A stretch of DNA of 64,000 bases, taken from positions 264,980 to 328,979 of the forward strand of contig CAWHMI010000004.1 of the NCBI GenBank assembly GCA_963830395.1, written 5' to 3'. This document shows, piece after piece, positions 8,622 through 18,383 of this stretch; positions within the stretch are counted from its first letter, which is position 1, and each line of letters begins with the position of its first letter. The position numbers and the translations under genes were made by a program. Below the pieces are notes generated by a model. The model had not been told where the DNA came from, made no database searches, and saw only the letters and a program-made list of their open reading frames with translations. Source of the stretch: an uncultured Actinomycetota bacterium. GTDB lineage: Bacteria > Actinomycetota > Thermoleophilia > Solirubrobacterales > Solirubrobacteraceae.

Positions 8622-9872
8622 ATGGTGCTGCGCACACGGAAGTCCGCGGACCGCACCCGGCTGACCGAGTTCCGGGTGCTCGTGGTTCTCACCGCGCTCG
8701 GGCTGATCGCCGCCGTCGCCGGCGCGGTCGCGCCGCTCGGGTTCGCCGCGTCCTCCAGAACCCAGCCGGACAAGACGGCGGTCCCGCCGGGATTCGTCGG
8801 AGTCGACGCGGACGGGCCGCTGTTCACCCCGGGCACGCCGCTTGACTTCGGGCGCCAGACGTTCACCATGGTCGCCAGCGGGGTCCAGAGCATCCGCGTT
8901 GCGTTCAGCTGGGCGGCGGCGCAGCCATATCCGAGCATTGCCGATGTGCCCGCCGATCAGCGGTCGCAGTTCAGCGAGGTGGAAGGACGGCCGACCGATT
9001 TCGCGACCACCGACACAGTCGTCGGCGACGCGGCGCGCGCCCGCCTATCCGTCCTTCCGACGGTCCTGTACGCGCCTGCGTGGGACGCGCTGCGCAACCG
9101 CAACGGCGTGGCCACCCCGCGGCGGAACGCTCCCTACGCCGCCTTTCTGACAACTCTGATCGGACGCTATGGACCCCATGGGAGCTTCTGGAGTGAGCAC
9201 CCAGCGCTTCCGAAGCGGCCGATCCGGATGTGGCAGATCTGGAATGAGCCGAACCTCAGGTACTACTGGAAGCAGCCCTTTGCCGACAGTTACGTGGGCC
9301 TGCTCCGGGCGGCACACACCGCCGTCAAGCGAGCCGACCCCCGCGCCAAGGTGGTGCTCGGCGCGCTCACCAATCTCGCCTGGAGATCCCTGGGGCAGAT
9401 CTATCGAATCCGCGGCGCCCGGGGACTGTTCGACATCGCGGCCGTCAACGGGTTCACCAAGACCCCGGCCCACGTGATGCTGTATTTGCGCTTCGTGCGC
9501 GCCGCGATGAACCGGTCCGGCGACAGCGCCAAGCCGATGCTGGCCACCGAGCTGAGCTGGCCCTCGGCCTCGGGCCAGACGTCGAGCCGCTATGACTTCG
9601 ACACCACGCAGGCGGGCCAGGCGCGCAATATCGCGACGCTGCTGCCACTGCTCGGAGAGCAGCGCGCGGCGCTCCGGCTGGCGGGCTTCTACTACTACAC
9701 CTGGATCGGCGACGAGGTGCGGGGCGCGCAGGCGTTCGACTTCGCCGGGCTGCTGCGCCTGCACGCCGGTCGCGTCACCGTCAAGCCGGCGCTGGGGGCG
9801 TTTCGGCGGGGTGCACTCGCCCTGGAGCGCTGCCGGCGCAAGGGGCGCGTGGCCACCAGCTGCATCGCATAG
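8622..9872 (+). CDS. Clan GH-A (GH39/GH5-like) glycoside hydrolase with N-terminal TM/signal
   Basis: WQIWNEPN acid/base motif and MLATELSWP nucleophile motif. Confidence 0.8.
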   Translation: MVLRTRKSADRTRLTEFRVLVVLTALGLIAAVAGAVAPLGFAASSRTQPDKTAVPPGFVGVDADGPLFTPGTPLDFGRQTFTMVASGVQSIRVAFSWAAAQPYPSIADVPADQRSQFSEVEGRPTDFATTDTVVGDAARARLSVLPTVLYAPAWDALRNRNGVATPRRNAPYAAFLTTLIGRYGPHGSFWSEHPALPKRPIRMWQIWNEPNLRYYWKQPFADSYVGLLRAAHTAVKRADPRAKVVLGALTNLAWRSLGQIYRIRGARGLFDIAAVNGFTKTPAHVMLYLRFVRAAMNRSGDSAKPMLATELSWPSASGQTSSRYDFDTTQAGQARNIATLLPLLGEQRAALRLAGFYYYTWIGDEVRGAQAFDFAGLLRLHAGRVTVKPALGAFRRGALALERCRRKGRVATSCIA

Positions 9873-9882
9873 CGTCTCGGCG

Positions 9883-11130
9883 TCAGCGCCGGCACGAGCT
9901 TGCCCGGCTCTGGCTCGCCGCCGTCCGCTGGCCCGCCGCCGTCCGCTGGCCCGCCGCCGTCCCCTGGCCCCCCGCGTCCCGCAGTCCCGCCGCCAGCGCC
10001 GCGATGCCGGGGGTCGGCGCGCCGGCCTGATCGGGGCTGGCGATCCCAAACCAGTCCTGGCTGTTGCCGGGGTCACGCTGCGGCGTTACCCACGTGTAGA
10101 GCAGGGCGGCGGCCACGCCACAGTCCAGCTGACCCAGGGCGGTGAACGCCCGGACGATGTATCCCGGCCGCGCACGCACCGGCACGTAGCCGAGCGCCCC
10201 CGGCGGATCCGTCGTCCATCCGAACTCGGTTACGTAGAGCGGCACCGCGCCCATCCCGAGCGCTGCCAGCGCCGCCCGCGTGCGCCTCACCTTGGCCACC
10301 AGCACCGCCGGCGACCCATATGGGTGGATGGCGACGCCGTCGACGTGACCCGGTAGGGCCGGCGCCGCCGCGACCATCTGGGCGAGAAACGCCGCCGGGT
10401 CGGTCAGCCCACCGACGATCACCCTGATCCCCGGGTTGACCGCATCGATCGCCGCTCGGGCCGCCACGTACAGCGCCGCATAGCGGCCGGCATCCGGCGA
10501 CGGTGTCCAGAACTCCCAGTTGTCGGGCTCGTTCCAGATCTCGATCGTCCGCACCGGCGCCGCCGCCAGCTCCAAATGCTCACGCCAGAACGTACCGTCC
10601 GCTCCGTAGCGAGCCGCGAACGCGGCCGCGTAGGCCGCGTAGTCGGCGTCGGAGCTGGGAGGCGAGTGGTCCTGGCCCGGGATCGACCGCGCCCATGGCG
10701 CCGAGTAGTCGAGGATCGGCAGCCAGGTCAGGCCATGACTCGCCAGCGCCCCGGCGATCCGGTCATCGAATCCCCAGTCGTAGCTGTGGCGGCCATCGAC
10801 CGGCGCCGTTGGCTCGCTCGCCTCCCACAGCGAATCGCTGCGGGCCAGCGTTGCTCCCGTGGCCCGCAGCGCAGCGAGCTGCGCCGATATCTGCGCCGGC
10901 GAAAAGGTCATGTCGTTGAACAGGCGGTTGACGTTGACCCCGTAGGCCTGGCCAGCCGGCGCGGGCAGCCCCGGATCGAGCCTGGCCGGAACCGGCGGAC
11001 CCCCACGGGGACGAGGACCGGAACCTGCGACCAACAGCGCCACTCCCGCGGCGGCCAGCGCTCCGGCCACGACCCCGGCCGCCCACCACCGGCGCCGCCG
11101 GCCCGCCGTCACCGCCAGCCGCGGCGCCAC
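9883..11130 (-). CDS. Clan GH-A (GH39/GH5-like) glycoside hydrolase with N-terminal TM anchor
   Basis: IEIWNEPDN, VAIHPYG and LYVTEFGW motifs; start inferred at GTG 11130. Confidence 0.8.
   Translation of the reverse strand: MAPRLAVTAGRRRRWWAAGVVAGALAAAGVALLVAGSGPRPRGGPPVPARLDPGLPAPAGQAYGVNVNRLFNDMTFSPAQISAQLAALRATGATLARSDSLWEASEPTAPVDGRHSYDWGFDDRIAGALASHGLTWLPILDYSAPWARSIPGQDHSPPSSDADYAAYAAAFAARYGADGTFWREHLELAAAPVRTIEIWNEPDNWEFWTPSPDAGRYAALYVAARAAIDAVNPGIRVIVGGLTDPAAFLAQMVAAAPALPGHVDGVAIHPYGSPAVLVAKVRRTRAALAALGMGAVPLYVTEFGWTTDPPGALGYVPVRARPGYIVRAFTALGQLDCGVAAALLYTWVTPQRDPGNSQDWFGIASPDQAGAPTPGIAALAAGLRDAGGQGTAAGQRTAAGQRTAASQSRASSCRR
9917..9970 (-). repeat. 18-bp tandem repeat x3 at the C-terminus (GQRTAA)
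   Basis: gccgccgtcc(g/c)ctggccc x3. Confidence 0.85.
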
Positions 11131-13133
11131 GACGATCCGGTCGCTCGCAGCTGCCGCCGCTCCCGCTCCGCCGGGTGCCCGAGCAGCCGCTTGAAGGCCA
11201 GCCGCGAGGCGAACGTGATCATCTGTGCGCCCGCGTCCACCGCGGCCCATCGCGGGCCCAGGCCGCCCCGCACCGCCTGGTGCCGGGCGCGGGCCAGGCG
11301 CTCGAACGCCTCGCCGCCGAACGCCGGACCGGTGGCGTGGGCGCGGCGGTGGATGACGCGCGCCGACGGCCACAGCCACGTCGCGATCCCCTGCCGGCGG
11401 GCGCGCAGCGCCAGCTCCAGATCCTCGCCGTACATGAACATGGACTCGTCGAACGGCCCCAGCTCGCGCAGCGTCCGCGTGCGAGCCACCAGCGCGCAGC
11501 CGACCGCCCAGCCGACCCGCCGCGGGCCCTCGGCGCGCCACGGGGCGAGCGCGACCCCGGCCCGTCCGGGAACGGCGGCGGGCGGTAGCAGCGACCGGAT
11601 CAGATCCGCCGGCGATCCGGGGCGGGGATGCACGGTGTCCTGCAGGCTGCCGTCGCTGTTCAGCACCCGGGGGGCGAGCAGGCGCGGCGGGCGATCCTGG
11701 CGCAGCGCCTCCGCCGCGAGCTCGAGCAGGGAGTCGTCGAGCGGCTCGACGTCGGGATTCAGCAGGGCCGCCACCGGCGTCCGCACGTGCGCCAACCCGC
11801 GGTTGCAGGCGCGGCCGAAGCCGAGGTTCTCCCCCAGCTCGATCGTCGTTACCCCGCCGTGGCTGCGGGCGACCGCCAGGCTGTGGTCGCGCGAGGCGCA
11901 GTCGACGACCACGATCTGCACCCCGGGCAGCCGGCGGTTCATCGAGACCAGCAGACGCTCCAGCACCCCGGCCGAGTCGTGGGTGACCGTGACCACCGCC
12001 AGCGAGCTCGGCGCCGCGCGCGGGGGCGGGCTCGCCCGCGGGCCGGCGGCGCCGCGGGCCAGCGAGGCAAATCGGGTGCGGGCGCTCGCAAGGTCAAATC
12101 GCTGCCGGGCCCGGGCGCGGCCCTGCTCGCCGAGCGTTGCCGCCCGGCCGGGGTCGGAGACGAGCGCCACCAGCGCCGCGGCGGCGGCCACCGCGTCGCC
12201 CGGCGGATACAACACGCCGCAGTGGGAGTCGACGATCTCGCCCGGTCCGTACGCGGCGGGTACCACCGCCGGCCGGCCGGCGGCGAGGGCCTCGAGCACC
12301 GCCAGTCCGAATGGCTCCCGCGGCGCACAGTGCAACAGGCACGTCGCTCGGGCCAGCGCCGCGGCCGGATCGGCCACTGGCCCGGCCAGCTCCACGGCGC
12401 CGGCCAGATCGGGCAGCTGCGCCCGCGCCCGCAGGCGCTCGAGCAGCGCGGTGTCGCCGACTGGGGGCGCGCCGACGAACCGCAGCCGCAGCCCGGGCAG
12501 GCGCCGGCGGGCGAGGGCGACCGCCTCCAGCGCCAGATCGGGTCGCTTCCACTCGGTCACGGCGCCGAGGACCAGGACCTCCGGCGGCGAGACCGGGTCC
12601 CGGTCGCCGGCGAAGGTCGCCACGTCGATCCCCGGGGCAACGACGCATAGCCGGTCGCCGAGTTGGCCCCGGGGATCGAGGTCGCGGGCGACCGCCCGAG
12701 ATGGCACCACCACCAGGGCCGCCTGGGCGGCGGCGACGCGGACCGCTGCGCCGATCAGCCGCCCGGGCAGGAGATCGTGGTGCGCGATGACACATCGTTC
12801 CCGGCCGGCGCCCAGCAGCCGGGCGATTGCCGAGCGCATGCCCCAGGCGACGATCAGATCGGGCGCCAGGCCGCGGGTGACCCGACGCACGTCACGTGCG
12901 TGCCCGGCGATCGCCACCGCCGCCCGCACCCGCGCCGGCACGCTGGCCCGGAGCGCCAGCGGTCGCGCCACCAGCGCCAACACCGGAATGCCGGCCGCCC
13001 GGGCCCGCTCGGCGAGATCGCCCGGTGGGCAGGCGATGACGGCCTCATCCGAAAGGCCGCCGGCGAAATCGAGCAGCACCCGTTCGGCGCCACCGAGAAT
13101 GCCGGAGTAGCTGACGAACAGGAGCCGGGCCAA
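11109..13133 (-). CDS. Bifunctional GT4 + GT2 glycosyltransferase
   Basis: N-half: LFVSYSGILGGAERVL, REPFGLAVLEALAAG (GT4). C-half: VVTVTHDS, VVDCAS, LLNPDVE, FMYGEDLE (GT2). Confidence 0.9.
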   Translation of the reverse strand: MARLLFVSYSGILGGAERVLLDFAGGLSDEAVIACPPGDLAERARAAGIPVLALVARPLALRASVPARVRAAVAIAGHARDVRRVTRGLAPDLIVAWGMRSAIARLLGAGRERCVIAHHDLLPGRLIGAAVRVAAAQAALVVVPSRAVARDLDPRGQLGDRLCVVAPGIDVATFAGDRDPVSPPEVLVLGAVTEWKRPDLALEAVALARRRLPGLRLRFVGAPPVGDTALLERLRARAQLPDLAGAVELAGPVADPAAALARATCLLHCAPREPFGLAVLEALAAGRPAVVPAAYGPGEIVDSHCGVLYPPGDAVAAAAALVALVSDPGRAATLGEQGRARARQRFDLASARTRFASLARGAAGPRASPPPRAAPSSLAVVTVTHDSAGVLERLLVSMNRRLPGVQIVVVDCASRDHSLAVARSHGGVTTIELGENLGFGRACNRGLAHVRTPVAALLNPDVEPLDDSLLELAAEALRQDRPPRLLAPRVLNSDGSLQDTVHPRPGSPADLIRSLLPPAAVPGRAGVALAPWRAEGPRRVGWAVGCALVARTRTLRELGPFDESMFMYGEDLELALRARRQGIATWLWPSARVIHRRAHATGPAFGGEAFERLARARHQAVRGGLGPRWAAVDAGAQMITFASRLAFKRLLGHPAERERRQLRATGSSWRRGWR

Positions 13134-13326
13134 CCCCGGGCAGGCTATCCGCCGGCCGCCGCCGGAGCGGCGGTGGCCAAGCCGGGCTGCGGCGGCGCAC
13201 GCAGCGGGCACTTCGCGACCAAGCGATGCCAGCCCGGTGGCGCGTGGTCCCTCGCGCCCGCGAGGCGGGAGCGATGAACCACCCCTCGCCAGGGTGCTAG
13301 CGCTTGGTCGTGAAGTGCCCGATCCG

Positions 13327-13386
13327 GGTCACCGAGCCGTCGCGCCTCGCGGGTCGCCGAGCCGTCGCGCCTCACGGTCACCGAGC
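13327..13386 (+). repeat. ~25-bp tandem repeat x2.4 in the divergent intergenic region
   Basis: ggtc(a/g)ccgagccgtcgcgcctc units. Confidence 0.75.
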
Positions 13387-13427
13387 GGCCGGCCCGGCGT
13401 GCTGCTGCACCCCGGGAGCCCGCCGCA

Positions 13428-13441
13428 TAGACTGCGCCGCC
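13428..13441 (+). promoter_or_regulatory. Putative -10 element (TAGACT) of a leaderless promoter
   Basis: tagactgcgccgcc directly before GTG 13442; identical to 8608-8621. Confidence 0.6.
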
Positions 13442-14671
13442 GTGGGGAGTGAGTCCGTACTCTCGTTGGCCGCACCGCGGGTGGCGCTGGTCCACGACTT
13501 TCTGCTGGACATGCGCGGCGCCGAGCGGGTGTTCGCGGAATTGTGCGAGATGTGGCCGGACGCCGACATCTTCACCGCGGTCTACGACGAGGACGGCACC
13601 GACGGGCGCTTCGCCGATCGCCACGTGATCACCTCGTTTTTGCAGCGCCTGCGGCCGTCGGCGCGGACGTTCCGCGCGCTGCTGCCGCTGTACCCGGCGG
13701 CGGTCGAGTCGTTTGACCTGTCGGGCTATGACCTGGTGATCTCGAGCTCGTCGGCGTGGGCCCATGCGGTGCTCTGCCACGAGCACACCATCCACGTCAG
13801 CTACTGCCACAACCCGTTTCGCTACGCCTGGAACGATCGCGACAGCACGCTGGCGCGGCGCCGCAATCCGATCACCCGCGAAGCCCTGCGCGTCACGTTT
13901 CGCCGCTGGCGCCAATGGGACTGGCTCGCTGCTCAGCGCACCAACCGCTACGTCGCCAACTCCAGCCTCACCCAGGCACGGATCCGCGCCTACTTCGGGC
14001 GCGAGGCGGCAATCGTCCACCCCCCGGTGCAGACCGCCCGGTTCGCGCCCGGCCCGGTCGGGGACTACTACGTGGCGGTTGCCGAGCTGATGCCTCACAA
14101 GCAGCTCGACGTCGCGATCGAGGCCTTCAATTCGCTGTCGCTTCCGCTGGTGGTCATCGGCGACGGTCCCGATCGTCGCCGGCTGCGGCGGATTGCCGGG
14201 CCGTCGATCAGCTTCGCCGGGCGTCTGGGCGACGCCGCGGTAGCGCAAGCGCTGCAGGGGGCGCGGGCGCTGGTCCTGACCTCGGTGGAGGAGTTCGGAA
14301 TCGTCGCCGTCGAGAGCCAGGCGGCGGGTCGTCCGGTGATCGCCCGAGCCGGCGGGGGGGCGCTGGAGACGATCGTCGACGGCGCCACCGGCAAGCTGTG
14401 GTCCGGCGGTCCCCTCGAGCTGGCGGCGGCGGTTCTGGCGTTCGATGAGTCCGCCGTCGATCCGCAGGCGTGCGTGCGCCAAGCCGCTCGCTTTGACTCG
14501 GGCAGCTTCCGCCGCGGCATGGAGCGCGAGGTCGCCGCCGGGTCGGCCGGCGATACACGTCCGCTGGGTGCGCTTCGCCCGCCGCCCGATGCGGGGCCGG
14601 GGGAAGGTGTCGGTCAGCCGCTCGCCTCCACCCGCCTGGTCGAGCGGGCGGCCAGAGACGCACCCCGCTGA
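13442..14671 (+). CDS. GT4-family glycosyltransferase
   Basis: VALVHDFLLDMRGAERV, ISSSSAWAH, EEFGIVAVESQAAGRPVIA. Confidence 0.92.
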   Translation: MGSESVLSLAAPRVALVHDFLLDMRGAERVFAELCEMWPDADIFTAVYDEDGTDGRFADRHVITSFLQRLRPSARTFRALLPLYPAAVESFDLSGYDLVISSSSAWAHAVLCHEHTIHVSYCHNPFRYAWNDRDSTLARRRNPITREALRVTFRRWRQWDWLAAQRTNRYVANSSLTQARIRAYFGREAAIVHPPVQTARFAPGPVGDYYVAVAELMPHKQLDVAIEAFNSLSLPLVVIGDGPDRRRLRRIAGPSISFAGRLGDAAVAQALQGARALVLTSVEEFGIVAVESQAAGRPVIARAGGGALETIVDGATGKLWSGGPLELAAAVLAFDESAVDPQACVRQAARFDSGSFRRGMEREVAAGSAGDTRPLGALRPPPDAGPGEGVGQPLASTRLVERAARDAPR

Positions 14672-14672
14672 G

Positions 14673-16250
14673 GTGAGCGCGGCAACCGGCGCACGATCGG
14701 ACGCGCGCGTCCGCCGAGCGGTCGTCGCCATCGTCGCCGGCGTCCTGCTGGCGGGACCGACGGCGTTGGCATTCTTCACCGGTGGCTACTTCGCCGGGCC
14801 ACGCGCCTGGGCAGGGCTCGGCGCCTGGCTGCTGGTTGCGGTCGCCGCCGTGGTCGTCCCCGGCGCGTTGCCGCGCGACCGCGTGGCCGGGCTGGCGATC
14901 GGGGGGCTGGCCGGGCTGGCGGCCTGGACCCTGCTGTCGATGCTGTGGGCGCCGATCACCGGCGAGGCCTACCACGCGGGACAGATCGTGATGCTCTACC
15001 TCGGCGCGTTGATCGCCGCCTCGATGCTGCTCGGCGGATCGCCGGCGCAGCGTTGGGTCGAGCCGGCGCTGGCGGCGGGCGCGCTGGTGGTGGTCGGCTA
15101 CGGGCTGTCGGAGCGGCTGTTGCCCGGTCTCTTGACGTTCGCCCGCTCGGTCAGCGCTGAGGGGCGACTCGAGCAGCCGCTCACGTACTGGAACGCGATG
15201 GGCGAGCTGGCCGCGATCGGATTTGTCCTGTGTGCTCGGCTGGCTGGTGACCCGGACCGGCCGGGGGAGCTGCGCGGCGCCGCCGCCGGGGCGGCCGCGC
15301 CACTCGGGCTGGGGTTGTACATCTCGTTCAGCCGAGGAGCGTTGTTCGCCTGCGTGGCCGGGCTGATCGCCCTGATCGTGCTCGCGCCGCGCCGCGAGCA
15401 GCTCGCCGGCGGGCTGGTCTCGGTGGCTGCCGGCGTGCTCACCGCCGCGGCGGCGGCGCCGTCGGGTCCGGTCACCGGTCTCTCCGGATCGCTGGCGACG
15501 CGTGAGCGTGACGGCGCCATCACCCTGGCGCTGCTGGTGATCATCGGCCTGGCCGCGGCGGCGGCGGCGCGCCGGCTCGCCGAGCGCGGTCCGACCGGCC
15601 GGTTGCGCGTGCCCCGCCGTGCCCCCCTGATCGCCGCCGGGGTGGTGTGTGCCGGCTTGGCCGGGGCGATCGTGCTCGGCGCCAAGGAGACCAGCGCCGC
15701 GTCGCCCTCGCTGTCGGGCGGTGCCACCCGCCTGGTCACGCTGCAGAGCAACCGCTACGCCTACTGGGACGTCGCGCTCCGCGCGTTTGCCTCCTCGCCG
15801 CTGCACGGGGTGGGAGCCGGCGGGTGGAGCGTGGAGTGGCTGCGCTGGCGCACGGTGAGCGAGTTCGCGCAGGACGCCCACTCGCTGGAGCTGCAGACGC
15901 TGGCCGAGCTGGGCGTGGTCGGGATCGCGCTGCTGCTGGCGTGCTTCGGCGGCATCGCGATCGCCGCTCGCCGGGCGCTGGCCGCGACGCCCGCCGCCGC
16001 CGGGCCGATCGCCGCGCTGGTGGTGTACCTCGCCCACAGCCCGCTGGACTGGGACTGGCAGATGCCGGCGGTGACGCTGGTGGCGGTCCTGCTGGCGGGG
16101 ATGGTGCTGGCGCTGTCCGAGGTGCCGGCCGCCGACGGCCGGCGGTCGGCTGCCCCGGAGGCCGGCCCCGATGGCGCTACAGCTCCTCGGCGATCCGCGG
16201 CGCCTCGCGGTGAAAGATCCACACCCCCATCACGCCCAGCACGATCATGA
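14673..16250 (+). CDS. O-antigen ligase-like (Wzy_C/WaaL/WsaB-type) membrane protein
   Basis: Multi-TM; RLEQPLTYWNAMG, SNRYAYWDVAL, PLHGVGAGG and DAHSLELQTLAELG motifs. Confidence 0.85.
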   Translation: MSAATGARSDARVRRAVVAIVAGVLLAGPTALAFFTGGYFAGPRAWAGLGAWLLVAVAAVVVPGALPRDRVAGLAIGGLAGLAAWTLLSMLWAPITGEAYHAGQIVMLYLGALIAASMLLGGSPAQRWVEPALAAGALVVVGYGLSERLLPGLLTFARSVSAEGRLEQPLTYWNAMGELAAIGFVLCARLAGDPDRPGELRGAAAGAAAPLGLGLYISFSRGALFACVAGLIALIVLAPRREQLAGGLVSVAAGVLTAAAAAPSGPVTGLSGSLATRERDGAITLALLVIIGLAAAAAARRLAERGPTGRLRVPRRAPLIAAGVVCAGLAGAIVLGAKETSAASPSLSGGATRLVTLQSNRYAYWDVALRAFASSPLHGVGAGGWSVEWLRWRTVSEFAQDAHSLELQTLAELGVVGIALLLACFGGIAIAARRALAATPAAAGPIAALVVYLAHSPLDWDWQMPAVTLVAVLLAGMVLALSEVPAADGRRSAAPEAGPDGATAPRRSAAPRGERSTPPSRPARS

Positions 16251-17073
16251 TCGCGACCGCGATGATCAGATGCAGCGTGCCGCCCCCGGCCACGGTGCCC
16301 GGATAGGGCGCGCTCGGGTCGATGATCCAGACGCGCGCCAGCTCCAGGATCGGCGTGAACGGGTTCAGCGAGATGAGCTGGCCGAGGGTGTGGGAGCGCT
16401 GTACCGCGATCTCGAGCGGGAACAGGATCGGGGTCGCGTAGAACAGCGCGGTCGTGAGCACCGACCAGATGATCCCGAGGTCCCGGAAGCGCGGATACAG
16501 GGAGGAGACGATCATCGCGACCGCAAGCGTGAGCGCGAACAGCATCGCGACGATCACCGGCAACAGCAGCCACGTCCACATCGGGCCGATGCCGAAGGCC
16601 AGGATGAAGATGAACACGATGACCAGGTTCAGCAACAGGTTGAACAGCGCAGTCATGACCACCGCCATCGGGATCGCAAGGCGAGGGAACTGGGTCTTGC
16701 GCACGATTGCCTCCTGGCTGACGATCGACGGCACCGCCAACGTGCTGGCCTCGGTGAAGAAGCCGAACAGGACCATGTTGAGGAGCAGGAACACCGGATA
16801 GTGGGGAACCTGGGAGCCGAGCCGGATCACGTGAGTGAACACCTCGACGAGCACGGCGAACAGGAGCAGCGGGCGGGCCACCGACCAGAGGTAGCCGAGC
16901 GCGGTGCCGAAGTAGGTGCGCTTGAACTCGGTGCTCGCCAGCAGCAGCGTCAGCTCCCAGAAGCGCCCCAGGCCGCCGCTCACCGCCGAGGGCCCGCTGA
17001 CGTCGCGCAGCTCGGGGCTCGCCGACTCGGTGCTGAGGTCGCGCAACGCGGGGCTCACCGACTCGGTGCTCAC
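16177..17073 (-). CDS. wzm: Polysaccharide ABC exporter permease
   Basis: EFKRTYFGTALGYLWS, LFYATPILFP and LNPFTPILE ABC-2 motifs; 36-bp x2 repeat at the N-terminus. Confidence 0.92.
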   Translation of the reverse strand: MSTESVSPALRDLSTESASPELRDVSGPSAVSGGLGRFWELTLLLASTEFKRTYFGTALGYLWSVARPLLLFAVLVEVFTHVIRLGSQVPHYPVFLLLNMVLFGFFTEASTLAVPSIVSQEAIVRKTQFPRLAIPMAVVMTALFNLLLNLVIVFIFILAFGIGPMWTWLLLPVIVAMLFALTLAVAMIVSSLYPRFRDLGIIWSVLTTALFYATPILFPLEIAVQRSHTLGQLISLNPFTPILELARVWIIDPSAPYPGTVAGGGTLHLIIAVAIMIVLGVMGVWIFHREAPRIAEEL

Positions 17074-18383
17074 GTCGCGACGGCTCCGTCCTGCACGGCG
17101 GCATCGACCCTGGCCCGGACCATCACCATCCCCGGCACGGGATCGCGGCCCTTGACCAGGAACTCGGCCACGCGCAGGTCACGCAATGCGTCGTCGCCCT
17201 TCTCCCGGCTGCGCGACATCGAGCACAGCAATGAATAGCGTCCGGGCACCAGGGCGCTATCGACGGCGCCCGAGAGCCGCACCCGCTGGCCGCTCCGCAG
17301 CGGTATGGGCATACCGTCGTCGCTCTCCAGGGCCTTCCCGAAGCCCAGCACCGAGACATCCTCCACGTTGAGCAGCTCCAACGCGATCGCCGGCGCGGGC
17401 AGATGGGCGCGCGCCTCCACCACCACGTTGACGCGAAAGCCTTCGCCCTGCTCGAGATCTTGCAGGCGGCGGCCGCGCGGATCCTCGAGCCAGGCGTCGA
17501 CGACGGCCACGTCGGGGCCGGAGCCGTCGGTTGCGCCGGGGTCGTGCGCGCCGGCGAAGTTGAGTCGGTAGTAGCGCAGGGCGGCTTCTTCGGGGTCTCC
17601 GAGGTAGCGTTGCTCGCCGTCGTGGATCAGCATCGCGCGGTCGCAGAAGGCCTGGACGGTGGCCATGTCGTGGGTGACGAGGACCAGTGTCTTGCCGGCG
17701 TCGCGTTTGTCTCTGAACACGTCGGTGCATTTCTGGGCAAACGCGGCGTCTCCGACGGCCAGGACTTCGTCGACGAGCATGATGTCGGCGTCGGCTCCGA
17801 CCATGACCGCGAACGCGAGGCGGACCATCATGCCTGAGGAGTAGTTCTTGAGCTTGAGGTCGACAAATCCGGTCAGCTCGGCGAAGTCCAGCACGGCGTC
17901 CAGGCGGCGGCGCGCTTCGCGGCGGCCCAGGCCCATCATCACCCCGTTGAGCTCGACGTTCTCGCGGGCGGTCAGCTCGGGGTTAAACCCGACGCCGAGC
18001 TCGATGAACGGGGCCAGGCGTCCGGCGATGCGGATGCGTCCTGCGTCGGCGCGGTAGATGCTGGCCAGGACCTTGAGCAGGGTGCTCTTGCCCGATCCGT
18101 TGCGGCCCACGATCCCGAAGAACTCCCCGCGGTGCACGGTGAAGTCGATCCCCCGTAGGGCGCGCAGCTGCCGGTAGGAAACCCGCCGTAGCGGATGCGC
18201 GGCGCGTTCCTTGAGCGTGTCGACCTTCTGCTCGGGAATCTGGAACGTCTTGCGCAGGCCGACGACGTCGATCACCGCCGGGCCCTCCTGGATCCGCTCG
18301 CGGGTCGCCGCGCGCTCGGCCAGGAGCCCGTCGTCGCTGAGCCCGAAGGCGGCTCGCTGGAGCGAGTGCTGCAGCGTGCGCAT
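17070..18383 (-). CDS. wzt: Polysaccharide ABC exporter ATPase with C-terminal Wzt_C-like domain (copy 1)
   Basis: GRNGSGKST, NYSSGM, LVDEVLAVGD, LVTHD; beta-rich C-terminal domain. Confidence 0.92.
   Translation of the reverse strand: MRTLQHSLQRAAFGLSDDGLLAERAATRERIQEGPAVIDVVGLRKTFQIPEQKVDTLKERAAHPLRRVSYRQLRALRGIDFTVHRGEFFGIVGRNGSGKSTLLKVLASIYRADAGRIRIAGRLAPFIELGVGFNPELTARENVELNGVMMGLGRREARRRLDAVLDFAELTGFVDLKLKNYSSGMMVRLAFAVMVGADADIMLVDEVLAVGDAAFAQKCTDVFRDKRDAGKTLVLVTHDMATVQAFCDRAMLIHDGEQRYLGDPEEAALRYYRLNFAGAHDPGATDGSGPDVAVVDAWLEDPRGRRLQDLEQGEGFRVNVVVEARAHLPAPAIALELLNVEDVSVLGFGKALESDDGMPIPLRSGQRVRLSGAVDSALVPGRYSLLCSMSRSREKGDDALRDLRVAEFLVKGRDPVPGMVMVRARVDAAVQDGAVAT
17523..18281. repeat. 759-bp direct repeat, copy A (wzt ATPase core)
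   Basis: Matches 21460-22218 (offset 3937) with no mismatch found by eye. Confidence 0.92.

Noticed and set aside
10576-13110. 844-aa plus-strand ORF
   Set aside because: Antisense to a well-supported GT4-GT2 gene; no recognisable motifs.
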